DNA from: Ruminococcus sp. UBA4350
GTDB taxonomy: Bacteria > Bacillota > Clostridia > Oscillospirales > Ruminococcaceae
Assembly: GCA_002394125.1 (NCBI GenBank)
Contig: DGSY01000021.1
Span: 1-47,542, forward strand
Direction of reading: 5' to 3'
Length of the DNA stretch: 47,542 nt
The notes under the pieces were generated by a model. It was not told the origin of the DNA, made no database searches, and saw only the letters and a program-made list of their open reading frames with translations. The position numbers were made by a program, and so were the translations under genes. Shown one piece after another: positions 24,953 through 34,122 of the stretch (its first letter is position 1; every line of letters begins with the position of its first letter).

Positions 24953-25374
24953 AGCTCTGTCTCCTTTTCATGCGGCGCGGTGCAGCCGTCCTCGATCTCC
25001 GGAATGCAGGGGGAGAAAAAGGGATCGGCGGTCTGCATGAGCCGGCCGCGTTTGATGATAAATGCCTGCATAGCATTCTGATACTGCGGATCCTCGTCAT
25101 CGCGCAGCCAGATCATGCCGTAGCTGCCGTCCGCGGTCTCCGCGATCTGCCGGTATATGCGGATGATCTCACCGAACTCCGGCGTCCGGTGATTTGCGCA
25201 GCAAAGCGTTTGCAGAAACATCTGTCCGTTCCGGTATTCCGGCACGATGCCGCAGGTATTCTGCGCGATGATGCTGCGGACGCGCTCCGTGCGCTGCCGG
25301 AGAATTTCCGGCGGGATCGTATCCTCGTCTGCGGCGGTCTCAATGACCGTCATCCATGCGTGCAGCTCGGTCAT
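24949..25374 (-). CDS. Imm7-like immunity-family protein
   Basis: The pattern HAW..., NG..., NH..., DGSYGMIWLRDDED..., RGRLMQTADPFFSPCIPEIED matches my recollection of Imm7 (PF15585) proteins. The start is 3 nt after the mutL stop. Confidence 0.5.
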   Translation of the reverse strand: MTELHAWMTVIETAADEDTIPPEILRQRTERVRSIIAQNTCGIVPEYRNGQMFLQTLCCANHRTPEFGEIIRIYRQIAETADGSYGMIWLRDDEDPQYQNAMQAFIIKRGRLMQTADPFFSPCIPEIEDGCTAPHEKETEL

Positions 25375-25377
25375 GGC

Positions 25378-27432
25378 TCAGTCCTGAATGCGCTTGAACT
25401 GCTTCTCGATCTGATATTTCGAGAGCAGGAACATCACCGGACGGCCGTGCGGGCAATGCCGGATCTGTTCATTTTCCCAGACCTGCACCGCCAGCGACTG
25501 CAATTCCTCGGTGGTATTGTGCGTACCGGCGCGGATCGCGGCTTTGCAGGCGAGATCGTGGAACATATCGTCGAGCAGATGCAGATCGGGCTGTGCCTGC
25601 TGTTTGACGCAGTTCGCCGCGAGATCGGCGGCGATCTGATCGAGATCCAGCTCCGCACAGGAGAGCGGCACGCCGGTCAGCTGCACCACCGGCGCTTCGC
25701 TGAAATCGAATGTGAATCCGCATCCGGCGAGATTCTCCTCGGCTTCCCGGAGCGCGGAGGTCTCATCCGCCGTCAGCAGAACGCGCACCGGCGTGAGCAA
25801 GGTCTGGCGGTCGCGGCATTCGCGCGTGCGGAAGCGCTCAAAGAGAATGCGCTCATGCGCGGCGTGCTTGTCGATCATGACAAACTGCTCCCCCGCCTCG
25901 GCCAGCACATAATTGTCAAACAGCTCACCGATCACGCGGATCGGCTCCCGCGAGATCGCGGAAAGTGCGGCATTCCGTGCTTCCGGCTCATCCGGCAGCT
26001 CGGATGCAGCGGAGGACGGCGCAGGTGCCGGTGACGGTGCGGGCTGCGCGGTCAGATCCGGAAATGCGCGCAGTGCCGCCGGAATGACAGGCGGCGCAGG
26101 CTGCACCGGAGCCGGCTGCGGCGCTGCATGAACCGGCGCTGGAGCACTGATTTCTGCGGCAGCAGGCGTTTCCTGCGGCATCGTTGCGGGCTGCGGGATA
26201 TCCGTGACGCCGGCCGGCTGCGGGACGGGAGTCTGCTGCATCTGCAGCGCGGGCTGCTCCTTCGGAATCAGCGGCGCGGGGGTGTTGTCATCCGTTCCGG
26301 CGACCGGCGCAAACCAGTCGCGCTGCGGACGCTGCGGCTGCACGATCTGCGGTCGGATCTGCGGGGGCTGCGGCGGCTGCGGCGGCTGACCGGCGGGCTG
26401 CTCCGGCTGCGGGATGCGAAATTCATAGATCAGATGATTCTGCTCCAATGCGCCCAGCACCGCAAAGTACACCGCGTTGTAGATGCGCTTTTCATCGGAG
26501 AACCGCACCTCCGCCTTGGTCGGGTGCATATTGACATCGACGATACGCGGCGAGACCGTGACCGTCAGCACACAGGCCGGATATTTGCCTGTCATGATGA
26601 GTGTTTTATAGGCGTCCTCGATCGCATTGATGAGCGTGAACGAGCGCACCGATCTGCCGTTGACGAAGAAAAGCTGATGCGCACGGTTCGGCCTTGCGTA
26701 AAGCGGCTTCATGATATAGCCCTCGACGCGGATGCCGCCCTGCGACTCCTCGGCATACTGCACCGGCAGAAGATCGCGCGCGAAATCTCTGCCGAAGATC
26801 GCGTAGATCGCCGAGTAGAGCTGCCCGTCTCCGGGCGTGACGAATTCAGTCTTGTTCTCGCGGATCAGCCGGAACGAGATCTCCGGATGTGAGATCGCGA
26901 GCTTCTGGAAGATATTCGCGGCGGCATTGCCTTCGGCGGTATCCTTCTTGAGAAATCCGGCGCGGACGGGGACATTATAGAACAGGTCGCGGACAACGAC
27001 CGTCGTTCCCTCCGGACAGCCGCTCTGCTCAAAGGCGGTCTCCTCGCCGCCCTCCATTGCAAAATGCGTGCCGTATTCCGCCCCCTGCTGCCGCGTCAGG
27101 ATCTCCATGCGCGAAACGGCACAGATCGACGCGAGCGCCTCGCCGCGGAAGCCGAGCGTGAAGATCGTTTCGAGATCCTCCGCCTGCTGTATCTTGCTGG
27201 TCGCATGGCGCAGAAAAGCCGTCCGCACCTGCTCCGGCGCGATGCCGCAGCCGTCATCGGTGACGCGCAGATACAGCACGCCGCCGCGCTTGATCTCCGC
27301 CGTGATGCGCTTTGCCCCGGCGTCCACGGCATTTTCGGTCAGCTCCTTCAGCACCGATGCGGGGCGTTCGATGACCTCGCCCGCCGCGATCAGCTCGGAG
27401 ATATCCTTCGGTAAAACATGAATTTCGGGCAC
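25378..27432 (-). CDS. mutL: DNA mismatch repair protein MutL
   Basis: LIAAGEVIERPASVLKELTENAVDAGA, DDGCGI and GFRGEAL motifs. Pro/Gln-rich linker and C-terminal dimerisation domain. Apparent GTG start with AAAGGA RBS. Confidence 0.95.
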   Translation of the reverse strand: MPEIHVLPKDISELIAAGEVIERPASVLKELTENAVDAGAKRITAEIKRGGVLYLRVTDDGCGIAPEQVRTAFLRHATSKIQQAEDLETIFTLGFRGEALASICAVSRMEILTRQQGAEYGTHFAMEGGEETAFEQSGCPEGTTVVVRDLFYNVPVRAGFLKKDTAEGNAAANIFQKLAISHPEISFRLIRENKTEFVTPGDGQLYSAIYAIFGRDFARDLLPVQYAEESQGGIRVEGYIMKPLYARPNRAHQLFFVNGRSVRSFTLINAIEDAYKTLIMTGKYPACVLTVTVSPRIVDVNMHPTKAEVRFSDEKRIYNAVYFAVLGALEQNHLIYEFRIPQPEQPAGQPPQPPQPPQIRPQIVQPQRPQRDWFAPVAGTDDNTPAPLIPKEQPALQMQQTPVPQPAGVTDIPQPATMPQETPAAAEISAPAPVHAAPQPAPVQPAPPVIPAALRAFPDLTAQPAPSPAPAPSSAASELPDEPEARNAALSAISREPIRVIGELFDNYVLAEAGEQFVMIDKHAAHERILFERFRTRECRDRQTLLTPVRVLLTADETSALREAEENLAGCGFTFDFSEAPVVQLTGVPLSCAELDLDQIAADLAANCVKQQAQPDLHLLDDMFHDLACKAAIRAGTHNTTEELQSLAVQVWENEQIRHCPHGRPVMFLLSKYQIEKQFKRIQD

Positions 27433-27503
27433 TTGTTTTTCCTTTCTAAGTGAACCTTCCGTTCACCGGTTTCCTGCTGTCTGCCGGCAGGAATTCTTTG
27501 CGT

Positions 27504-28169
27504 TCAGAGATAATCCTTTGTCCGCTCCATATCCGTTTCCAGATCGGGGTAATCCTTTTTCAGATTCTCCAGCAGGACAGGGATCAGGGAGCGGTCGTCC
27601 ATGACTGCCTTCAGCTCATTCGTCGTGATGCCGACAAGCTGCAAAAAGGCAAGCTCGCCGTAGATCGTCTGTCTGGTCGGGATCTCCGTATCATTGACAA
27701 TGAGCAGCGAGGTGATTTTGCTTTCGGGCTTGCCGAGATTGAGCGACTGCGGATTATTCGCCGAGCCGACATACTGCCCCGGCTCAAACCAGCGTTCGCT
27801 CTGAAATGTATATCGTGCGAGATTGCCGAGCATATTCATCGCCCAGATGCAGTCCTGCGGCGCTTCGTTCCGGAGCTTGACTGTCATTTCATAGCCCCAT
27901 TTGCTGTACTCCTTGCCAAGCCGCTCCTCGTCTGCATAGAGCTCGCTCATGCCGAAGGTCACGATATGGCTGTAGCCCTTGCCGGACTGATAGGCGCTGT
28001 AGCCGTCGAGATATTCCTGACCGCCGAACATCGCACGGCTCGTGATGACAGTGCCGAAATGCTCCGGCTGCTGATCGCCGTAGACCGCTTTGAACGCGTC
28101 CTCGATCTCGTCCCAGCCTGGCGCCCATTCCTTATCCTGTGCCTTTTCCCTGAATTCCTCCGGTGTCAT
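27504..28169 (-). CDS. Suppressor-of-fused (SUFU)-like domain protein
   Basis: EWAPGWDEIEDAFKAVYGDQQPEHFGT..., LDGYSAY..., SHIVTFGMSELY..., WGYEMTVKL..., LGNLARYTF is the bacterial SUFU-family pattern. AAAGGGGGA RBS. Confidence 0.75.
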   Translation of the reverse strand: MTPEEFREKAQDKEWAPGWDEIEDAFKAVYGDQQPEHFGTVITSRAMFGGQEYLDGYSAYQSGKGYSHIVTFGMSELYADEERLGKEYSKWGYEMTVKLRNEAPQDCIWAMNMLGNLARYTFQSERWFEPGQYVGSANNPQSLNLGKPESKITSLLIVNDTEIPTRQTIYGELAFLQLVGITTNELKAVMDDRSLIPVLLENLKKDYPDLETDMERTKDYL

Positions 28170-28192
28170 TGCTGAATCCCCCTTTCACACGG

Positions 28193-30820
28193 TCAGTGCA
28201 GCATTGCCGTCAGGTCGAGCAGCAGCTCACGGCATTCTGCATCGGTCAGTTCATTGACATTTGTTTTGGCAAGCTGCGAGATCACCTGCGCATCCGCATC
28301 CGCAGAAAAGCTCATCTGTCCGGCAGATTCCGCTGCGATCCTTGCCGCATAGGATTCCTTTTCCGCCTTCGACTGCGCTTCCATTTCGGAGAGCAGCGCC
28401 CGCGCACGGTTCGTCACCTGCGAGGGCAGTCCCGCGAGCTTCGCGACCTCGATCCCGTAGCTGTCATCGGCGGCGCCGTCCACGATCTTGCGCAGGAAGC
28501 GGATCGTATCGCCGTGCTTCTTCACGGCAATGCTGAGATTTCGCACGCCGTCGCACTGGCCTTCGAGCATCGTCAGCTCATGGTAATGCGTTGCAAAGAG
28601 CGTTTTGCAGCCGATCTTTTTGCCGGAGATGAACTCCGCGACTGCCCGCGCAATGCTGATGCCGTCGAAGGTCGAGGTGCCTCTGCCGACCTCGTCGAGA
28701 ATGACAAGGCTGTTCGCAGTTGCGCGCTTGAGGATCGTCGAAACCTCGTGCATTTCGACCATGAATGTCGATTCGCCCGCCGTCAGGTCATCCGATGCGC
28801 CGACACGCGTGAAGATCTGATCGACGACAGAGATCTTCGCATAGGAGGCCGGTACAAAGCTGCCCATCTGCGCCATCAGCACGATCAGTGCCGTCTGCCG
28901 CATATAGGTCGATTTACCGCTCATATTCGGGCCGGTGATGATCGCGAGCCGGTTCGATTTCTGGTCGAGCAGCACATCATTCGGCACAAAGACCGTGTCG
29001 GTCAGCATCTGCTCCACGACCGGATGCCGTCCGTCATGGATCTCAATGCGGCCGTCAACGGCGATCTCCGGCTTGCAGTATTCATTTTCAAGCGCCGTCA
29101 GCGCGAGCGAGCAGAGCACATCCACCTGTGCCACGGCGGCGGCCGTTTCCTGCACCGCCTTGAGCTGCTGTGCGAGAAATTCGCGCAGCTCCGAGAAGAT
29201 CACGCCCTCCAGCGCGATCGCCTTATCCTTTGCGCCGACGATCATATTCTCCGCATCGCGCAGCTCCTGCGTGATAAAGCGCTCGTTGTTTGCAAGCGTC
29301 TGCTTGCGGATCCACTCCGGCGGCACCTGCTCGTAGTAGGAGCGGGAGACCTCCAGATAATAGCCGAACACGCGGTTATAGCCGGTTTTCAGATTCTTGA
29401 TGCCGGTGCGCTCGCGTTCCTTTTCGACGATCTCATTGATCAGCTCCGTGCCGCTGTTCATTGCATGGCGCAGCGTGTCCAGCTCCTGATGAAAGCCCTC
29501 GCGGATCACGCCGCCGTCCTTGATGACCAGCGGCGGCTCGTCGATGATCGCGCGTTCGATCAGATCGGAGATCTCGTTCAGCGGGGAAATCTCGGATTCG
29601 AGCCGGCTGAGCAGCTTGGACTGCGGCAGGGCGCGGAGCTGCTCCTTGATCGCGGGCAGCTGCAAAGCCGTCTGCGAGAGCGCCTTCATATCGCGCGGCG
29701 TCGCCTTCTGGAACATGACGCGGGACATCAGACGCTCCAAATCAAAGACCTGATCGAGCAGCGAGCGCAGCTCCGTCATTGCAACGCTGTTTTTCATCAG
29801 CAGCTCAACGGCATTCAGCCTGTCCATGATGCGGACAGGCGCCGTCAGCGGCTGCTCCATCCATGTGCGCAGCATACGCCGCCCCATTGCGGTCTCGGTC
29901 TGATCGAGCACGCCGAGCAGCGAGCCCTTTTTCTCATGACTGCGCAGCGTTTCGGTCAGCTCCAGATTGCGCCGCGCATTGGAATCCAGTCCCATGACGC
30001 CGTCCTTGCCGTGAATCGTGATCTCGGTAAAGCGGCCGACCAGTGCGCGCTGTGTTTCGGCGATATACTGGAACAGGCCGCAGCAGACACAGGCATCCGC
30101 GCCGTTTTCGGAGAGTCCGAGCGTTTGCAGCGAATCCGCCGCGCACTGCTTCAATACAAGCTCGCGCTGCTTTTCCACGGAGAAGCAGGCATCGTCGCGC
30201 AGCGTGACCATGCAGTTCGTCCGCGTTTTCAGGAAATCCGCAACGGGCTTGTAATCGAGAAAATCCTTCACGATCAGCAGCTCCGAGGGGTGATAGCGGT
30301 CGATCAGACCGATCAGCTCATCGGTGCGCGTTTTGCCCTCCAGCCTGTGCAGATTGACAGCGCCGGTCGAGATATCGGCGGCGCAGAATGCGATCTCCTC
30401 ATCCTTGCTCCAGACCGCTGCGAGATAGTTGCAGTTCGATTCATCGAGCATACTGGATTCGATCAGCGTACCCGGCGTGACGACGCGGATAACACCGCGC
30501 TCGACCAAACCCTTTGCGAGCGCCGGATCCTCCATCTGCTCGCAGATCGCAACACGGTAGCCGAGACCTACGAGCCGTTTCAGATACTGCTCCACGGAAT
30601 GATAGGGGACGCCGCACATCGGCGCCCGCGTCGGCAGACCGCAGTCTCTGCCTGTCAGCGTCAGCTCCAGCAGCTTTGAGACAAGGATCGCATCGTCGAA
30701 GAACATCTCATAGAAGTCGCCCAGACGGAAAAATACGATCGCATCTCCGGATGCATCCTTCACAGCAAGATACTGCTGCATCATCGGCGAAAGCTTGGAG
30801 CGGTCGATCTCCATGCCCAT
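28193..30820 (-). CDS. mutS: DNA mismatch repair protein MutS
   Basis: LSPMMQQYL, ITGPNMSGKSTYMRQ Walker A, DEVGRGTSTFDG. The start ATG at 30820 overlaps the TGA of the YlbF-family gene (TGATG). Confidence 0.95.
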   Translation of the reverse strand: MGMEIDRSKLSPMMQQYLAVKDASGDAIVFFRLGDFYEMFFDDAILVSKLLELTLTGRDCGLPTRAPMCGVPYHSVEQYLKRLVGLGYRVAICEQMEDPALAKGLVERGVIRVVTPGTLIESSMLDESNCNYLAAVWSKDEEIAFCAADISTGAVNLHRLEGKTRTDELIGLIDRYHPSELLIVKDFLDYKPVADFLKTRTNCMVTLRDDACFSVEKQRELVLKQCAADSLQTLGLSENGADACVCCGLFQYIAETQRALVGRFTEITIHGKDGVMGLDSNARRNLELTETLRSHEKKGSLLGVLDQTETAMGRRMLRTWMEQPLTAPVRIMDRLNAVELLMKNSVAMTELRSLLDQVFDLERLMSRVMFQKATPRDMKALSQTALQLPAIKEQLRALPQSKLLSRLESEISPLNEISDLIERAIIDEPPLVIKDGGVIREGFHQELDTLRHAMNSGTELINEIVEKERERTGIKNLKTGYNRVFGYYLEVSRSYYEQVPPEWIRKQTLANNERFITQELRDAENMIVGAKDKAIALEGVIFSELREFLAQQLKAVQETAAAVAQVDVLCSLALTALENEYCKPEIAVDGRIEIHDGRHPVVEQMLTDTVFVPNDVLLDQKSNRLAIITGPNMSGKSTYMRQTALIVLMAQMGSFVPASYAKISVVDQIFTRVGASDDLTAGESTFMVEMHEVSTILKRATANSLVILDEVGRGTSTFDGISIARAVAEFISGKKIGCKTLFATHYHELTMLEGQCDGVRNLSIAVKKHGDTIRFLRKIVDGAADDSYGIEVAKLAGLPSQVTNRARALLSEMEAQSKAEKESYAARIAAESAGQMSFSADADAQVISQLAKTNVNELTDAECRELLLDLTAMLH

Positions 30821-31233
30821 CAGTGACAGCCCGCGCAGCCTGCGCAGTTTCCGCTGCATGAAGCGGCAGCGGCGGGATCGAAGTCATCCGGATCCTGTCC
30901 GGCGGCGCTGTATGCGATCACGCGGTTGATGCCGTCGAGCAGCTGCTCAAATTCGGCGCGTGCCGCCTGATATTTCTGCATGGACTTATGCGCCATGATC
31001 TGCGAATAGATCGTGCGCACCTCCTCGCCGAGTGCCTTGACGCGTGCCTCGTCATGCTCCGCCTTGTCCTCCTCATTGCCGAGGTCGAGGCGCTTGAGGT
31101 TGAATTCGCCGATGAGGTTTTGCAGTTCCTCGTCCTTGTCATTCTCCTCGGATGCCGCACGGAACGCCAGATAGCGCTCGTCCTTTTGCAGCTCTCTGCC
31201 GAGCTGCTTTGCCATTTCCATAAGATCTGCCAT
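30820..31233 (-). CDS. YlbF/YmcA-family regulator-like protein with C-terminal Cys cluster
   Basis: The YlbF pattern (LAFRAASEENDKDEELQNLIGEFNLKR) and the tail CSGNCAGCAGCH. AAAGGAG RBS. Confidence 0.75.
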   Translation of the reverse strand: MADLMEMAKQLGRELQKDERYLAFRAASEENDKDEELQNLIGEFNLKRLDLGNEEDKAEHDEARVKALGEEVRTIYSQIMAHKSMQKYQAARAEFEQLLDGINRVIAYSAAGQDPDDFDPAAAASCSGNCAGCAGCH

Positions 31234-31269
31234 GATAATTCTCCTTTATTTCATTTATAGTTTAACCAT

Positions 31270-31974
31270 TTATGATTCGCCGCGCAGTGCCGCCCTTGCG
31301 GTATGCGTTTCGAGATCTGCAAGGCGCGTCGGCAGCGGGATGCGGCTCTCCTTTTCGGTCAGCTGCATTGCGATCGCCGTCGCCGTTTCCAGTGAAATGC
31401 CGCTGCCCGCCGAAACGAACACCGGCTTCACGCCGTCATGCGTGCGCAGCGCTCTGCCGAAGACCTCGCCGCCGATGACGATATCCGTATAGCTTCCGGC
31501 AGCCTGTTCCGGCTCGGTATAATCGGTATCCAGCACGCGGTAATAGGTTTTCGCGATGCCGAAAGCGGGCGCTTTCAGCAGCAGCGCCGCATGGGACGCA
31601 ATGCCCGTATGCCGCGGATGCAGATAGCCGTTGCCGTCGAAGATGAACAGCTCCGGCTTTGTTTGCAGCTTTGCGGCAGCCTCCGTGACAAGCGGCAGCT
31701 CGCGGAATGCCAGAAAGCCCGGGCAGTAGGGGACGGTGATCTCACCGTCGGCCTGCGCCTTTTCGATGACGGTATGCGTCTGCGTGTCGATTACGACAAT
31801 GCAGCAGACGGCGTGCTCCCTGCCGTCCGGCGTATTCCAGTAAGCGAGATCCACGCCCGCGGCCGTCCGCAGATCCGAAAAATCGCGGCAGTCCGTCAGG
31901 GAGATCTGCGCGGCAAGCGCCGTCTGGATCTCTGCAAATTCGCGCTGCTTTTCAGGACTCAGTTCACTCTGCAT
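31270..31974 (-). CDS. nfi: Endonuclease V (deoxyinosine 3' endonuclease)
   Basis: AAGVDLAY, YCPGFLAFRE and DGNGYLHPRHTGIASHAA motifs. Overlaps the miaB end by 11 nt. Confidence 0.9.
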   Translation of the reverse strand: MQSELSPEKQREFAEIQTALAAQISLTDCRDFSDLRTAAGVDLAYWNTPDGREHAVCCIVVIDTQTHTVIEKAQADGEITVPYCPGFLAFRELPLVTEAAAKLQTKPELFIFDGNGYLHPRHTGIASHAALLLKAPAFGIAKTYYRVLDTDYTEPEQAAGSYTDIVIGGEVFGRALRTHDGVKPVFVSAGSGISLETATAIAMQLTEKESRIPLPTRLADLETHTARAALRGES

Positions 31975-33358
31975 CGTTTGTACCTCTCAGAATCTCGCCG
32001 CCGAGCGCCCAGTTTTTCACGCCGGTGACCTTCACATCGAGCAGCCTGCCGATATCGGATTCCGTACCGGGCGCCTCCAGCACCAGTCCCTCCCGCGTTT
32101 TGCCGAGCAGCAGACCGGTCTCCGGATCGCGCTTTTCCGCGAGGAAGCGCACCTGCTTGCCGAGAAATCTTTTGTTGAATTCCTCGGAGATCTCGCGCTG
32201 CCTTGCGAGCAGGCGGCTCATCCGCGCCGCGATCTGCTCCTGCGTGGAGACAAACTCCATCTGCGCGGCTTTTGTGCCCGTGCGCGGGCTGTAAATGAAG
32301 GTATAAAGATTATCATATTTCACATACTCGATGATGCGCATTGTGCCCTCGAAATCCTCGTCGGTCTCGGTCGGGAAGCCGACGATCAGATCACTGGAGA
32401 AGCCGAAATCCGGCGATTTGCTCCGCGCATAATCAACGGTTTTCAGGTATGTTTCCAGCGTATAATGCCGGTTCATCTCTTTGAGAACGCGGTCGCTGCC
32501 GCACTGCACCGGCAGATGCAGATGATGCTCGATATGCTGTGAGCTGAGCATCGTGTCGATCAGCTCCGGCGTGGCATCCTTCGGGTGCGAGCTCATGAAG
32601 CGGATGAAATAATCGCCCTCGATCGCATCCAGCCGCCGCAGCAGCGCCGGAAAGCTGATCTCCGTTTCCAGCCCTCTGCCGTAGGAATTGACATTCTGTC
32701 CGAGCAGCAGGATCTCCCTGCAGCCCTGCGCGATCAGGCCACGCACCTCCTGCTCAATAGCCTCCGGCGTGCGGCTGCGCTCTCTGCCGCGCACATACGG
32801 CACGATGCAGTATGTGCAGAAATTGTTGCAGCCGTACATGACCGGCACGCTCGCCTGAAATGTGCTTTCGCGGACGGTCGGGAGCGTTTCATCCGGCAGA
32901 CCCGCGAATTGCAGCGTCTCGTGACGCTTTTCTCCGCGGTAGACCGAGAGCAGCGCCTCCGGCAGACGCTCCATTGCGCCGGCGCCCAGCACCAGCCGGA
33001 CAAAGGGATAGGATTTCCGCAGCAGTGCGCGGACCTCCTCCTCCTCGGCCATGCAGCCGCAGAGCCCGACGATCAGGCGCGGATTCTTCTCCCTGATGGA
33101 TTTGAGCGCACCGAGCCGCCCGATCACGCGGGATTCGGCGTGTGCGCGGACGGCGCAGGCGTTATAGAGGATCACATCGGCCTCCTCCGGCGTATCGGTC
33201 AGCTCATAGCCGAGATCCTGCAAAATACCCTTATATTTTTCGCCGTCGCAGAAATTGAGCTGACAGCCGAAGCTCTGGACGTGCGCCTTCGGGGAATGCG
33301 GAAATGTTTCAAGAACGGCACGGATCTCTTCGCGGATCTGTGCGCGGGAATCTGACAT
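31964..33358 (-). CDS. miaB: tRNA-i6A37 methylthiotransferase (radical SAM, MiaB family)
   Basis: VQSFGCQLNFCDGE (UPF0004 domain), CNNFCTYCIVPYVRGRERSR radical-SAM cluster, C-terminal TRAM domain. Confidence 0.9.
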   Translation of the reverse strand: MSDSRAQIREEIRAVLETFPHSPKAHVQSFGCQLNFCDGEKYKGILQDLGYELTDTPEEADVILYNACAVRAHAESRVIGRLGALKSIREKNPRLIVGLCGCMAEEEEVRALLRKSYPFVRLVLGAGAMERLPEALLSVYRGEKRHETLQFAGLPDETLPTVRESTFQASVPVMYGCNNFCTYCIVPYVRGRERSRTPEAIEQEVRGLIAQGCREILLLGQNVNSYGRGLETEISFPALLRRLDAIEGDYFIRFMSSHPKDATPELIDTMLSSQHIEHHLHLPVQCGSDRVLKEMNRHYTLETYLKTVDYARSKSPDFGFSSDLIVGFPTETDEDFEGTMRIIEYVKYDNLYTFIYSPRTGTKAAQMEFVSTQEQIAARMSRLLARQREISEEFNKRFLGKQVRFLAEKRDPETGLLLGKTREGLVLEAPGTESDIGRLLDVKVTGVKNWALGGEILRGTNDAE

Positions 33359-33406
33359 GACGATCTTCCTTTCCGGTTCTGCATTCTTCTGCTACGATTA
33401 TACACG

Positions 33407-33435
33407 AAAACCGCTTATTTGTCAATGATAGCCGC
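33407..33435 (-). promoter_or_regulatory. Sigma-A promoter for miaB and the downstream gene string
   Basis: Minus strand reads TTGACA - 17 nt - TATAAT. Confidence 0.65.
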
Positions 33436-33497
33436 GCCTTCTCCGCCTGCCCTGCGGATGCGTTTTTGATACTTTTATTAAGAGCGCGGAGGAATAC

Positions 33498-33526
33498 TTG
33501 ACTTTCGCGTGAATACATGGTATAAT
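33498..33526 (+). promoter_or_regulatory. Sigma-A promoter for the DJ-1-family gene and downstream plus-strand genes
   Basis: TTGACT - 17 nt - TATAAT, divergent from the miaB promoter. Confidence 0.65.
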
Positions 33527-33576
33527 AACTTGATATATTATGTGTATTGACGGTATTTCTATAAAGGAGGATCGTT

Positions 33577-34122
33577 ATGATTTATGTTTTTCTGGCCGAG
33601 GGCTTTGAGGAGGTCGAAGCACTGACGCCGGTTGATGTTCTGCGCAGAGCAAAGCAGAACGTCCAGACCGTCGGTGTCGGCGGCAGGGTCATCACCGGTG
33701 CGCACGGCATTTCCGTGACGGCGGATATCACCGCGGATGAGCTCCGGCTTGACGGTGCGCTTCAGCTGATCGTGCTGCCCGGCGGAATGCCCGGCACGCT
33801 GAATCTGGAGGCAAGCGATGCCGTACAGCAGGCACTCACCTACTGCACGGAGCATGATATTCTGATCGGTGCGATCTGCGCGGCGCCGTCCGTTCCCGGA
33901 AAGCGCGGAATGCTCAGCGGGAAAAAGGCTGTCTGCTATCCCGGCTTTGAGAAATATCTCACCGGCGCGGAGATTCCCGATGTTCCGGCTGTCCGCGACG
34001 GCAATTTCATCACCGGCAGAGGGCCGGGCGCGGCAATGGACTTTGCGCTCCTGCTGGCTGAGACGCTCTGCGGCGCGGAATGCGCGGCACAGCTCGCTGC
34101 GGGAATGGTATACACGAAATGA
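33577..34122 (+). CDS. DJ-1/PfpI (ThiJ) family protein
   Basis: FLAEGFEEVEALTPVDVLRRA, LPGGMPG and the ICAAP nucleophile-elbow Cys. Confidence 0.85.
   Translation: MIYVFLAEGFEEVEALTPVDVLRRAKQNVQTVGVGGRVITGAHGISVTADITADELRLDGALQLIVLPGGMPGTLNLEASDAVQQALTYCTEHDILIGAICAAPSVPGKRGMLSGKKAVCYPGFEKYLTGAEIPDVPAVRDGNFITGRGPGAAMDFALLLAETLCGAECAAQLAAGMVYTK

Noticed and set aside
26280-26420. Short tandem nucleotide repeats (GGCTGCGGCGGCTGCGGCGGCTG and similar)
   Set aside because: They lie inside mutL and encode its Pro/Gln-rich interdomain linker (PPQPPQPPQ). This is coding low complexity, not an independent repeat locus or CRISPR.
28163-30679. 838-aa plus-strand ORF opposite mutS
   Set aside because: It exactly shadows mutS, which has unmistakable motifs. 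The product is Arg/Leu/Asp-rich with no domain pattern and no RBS.
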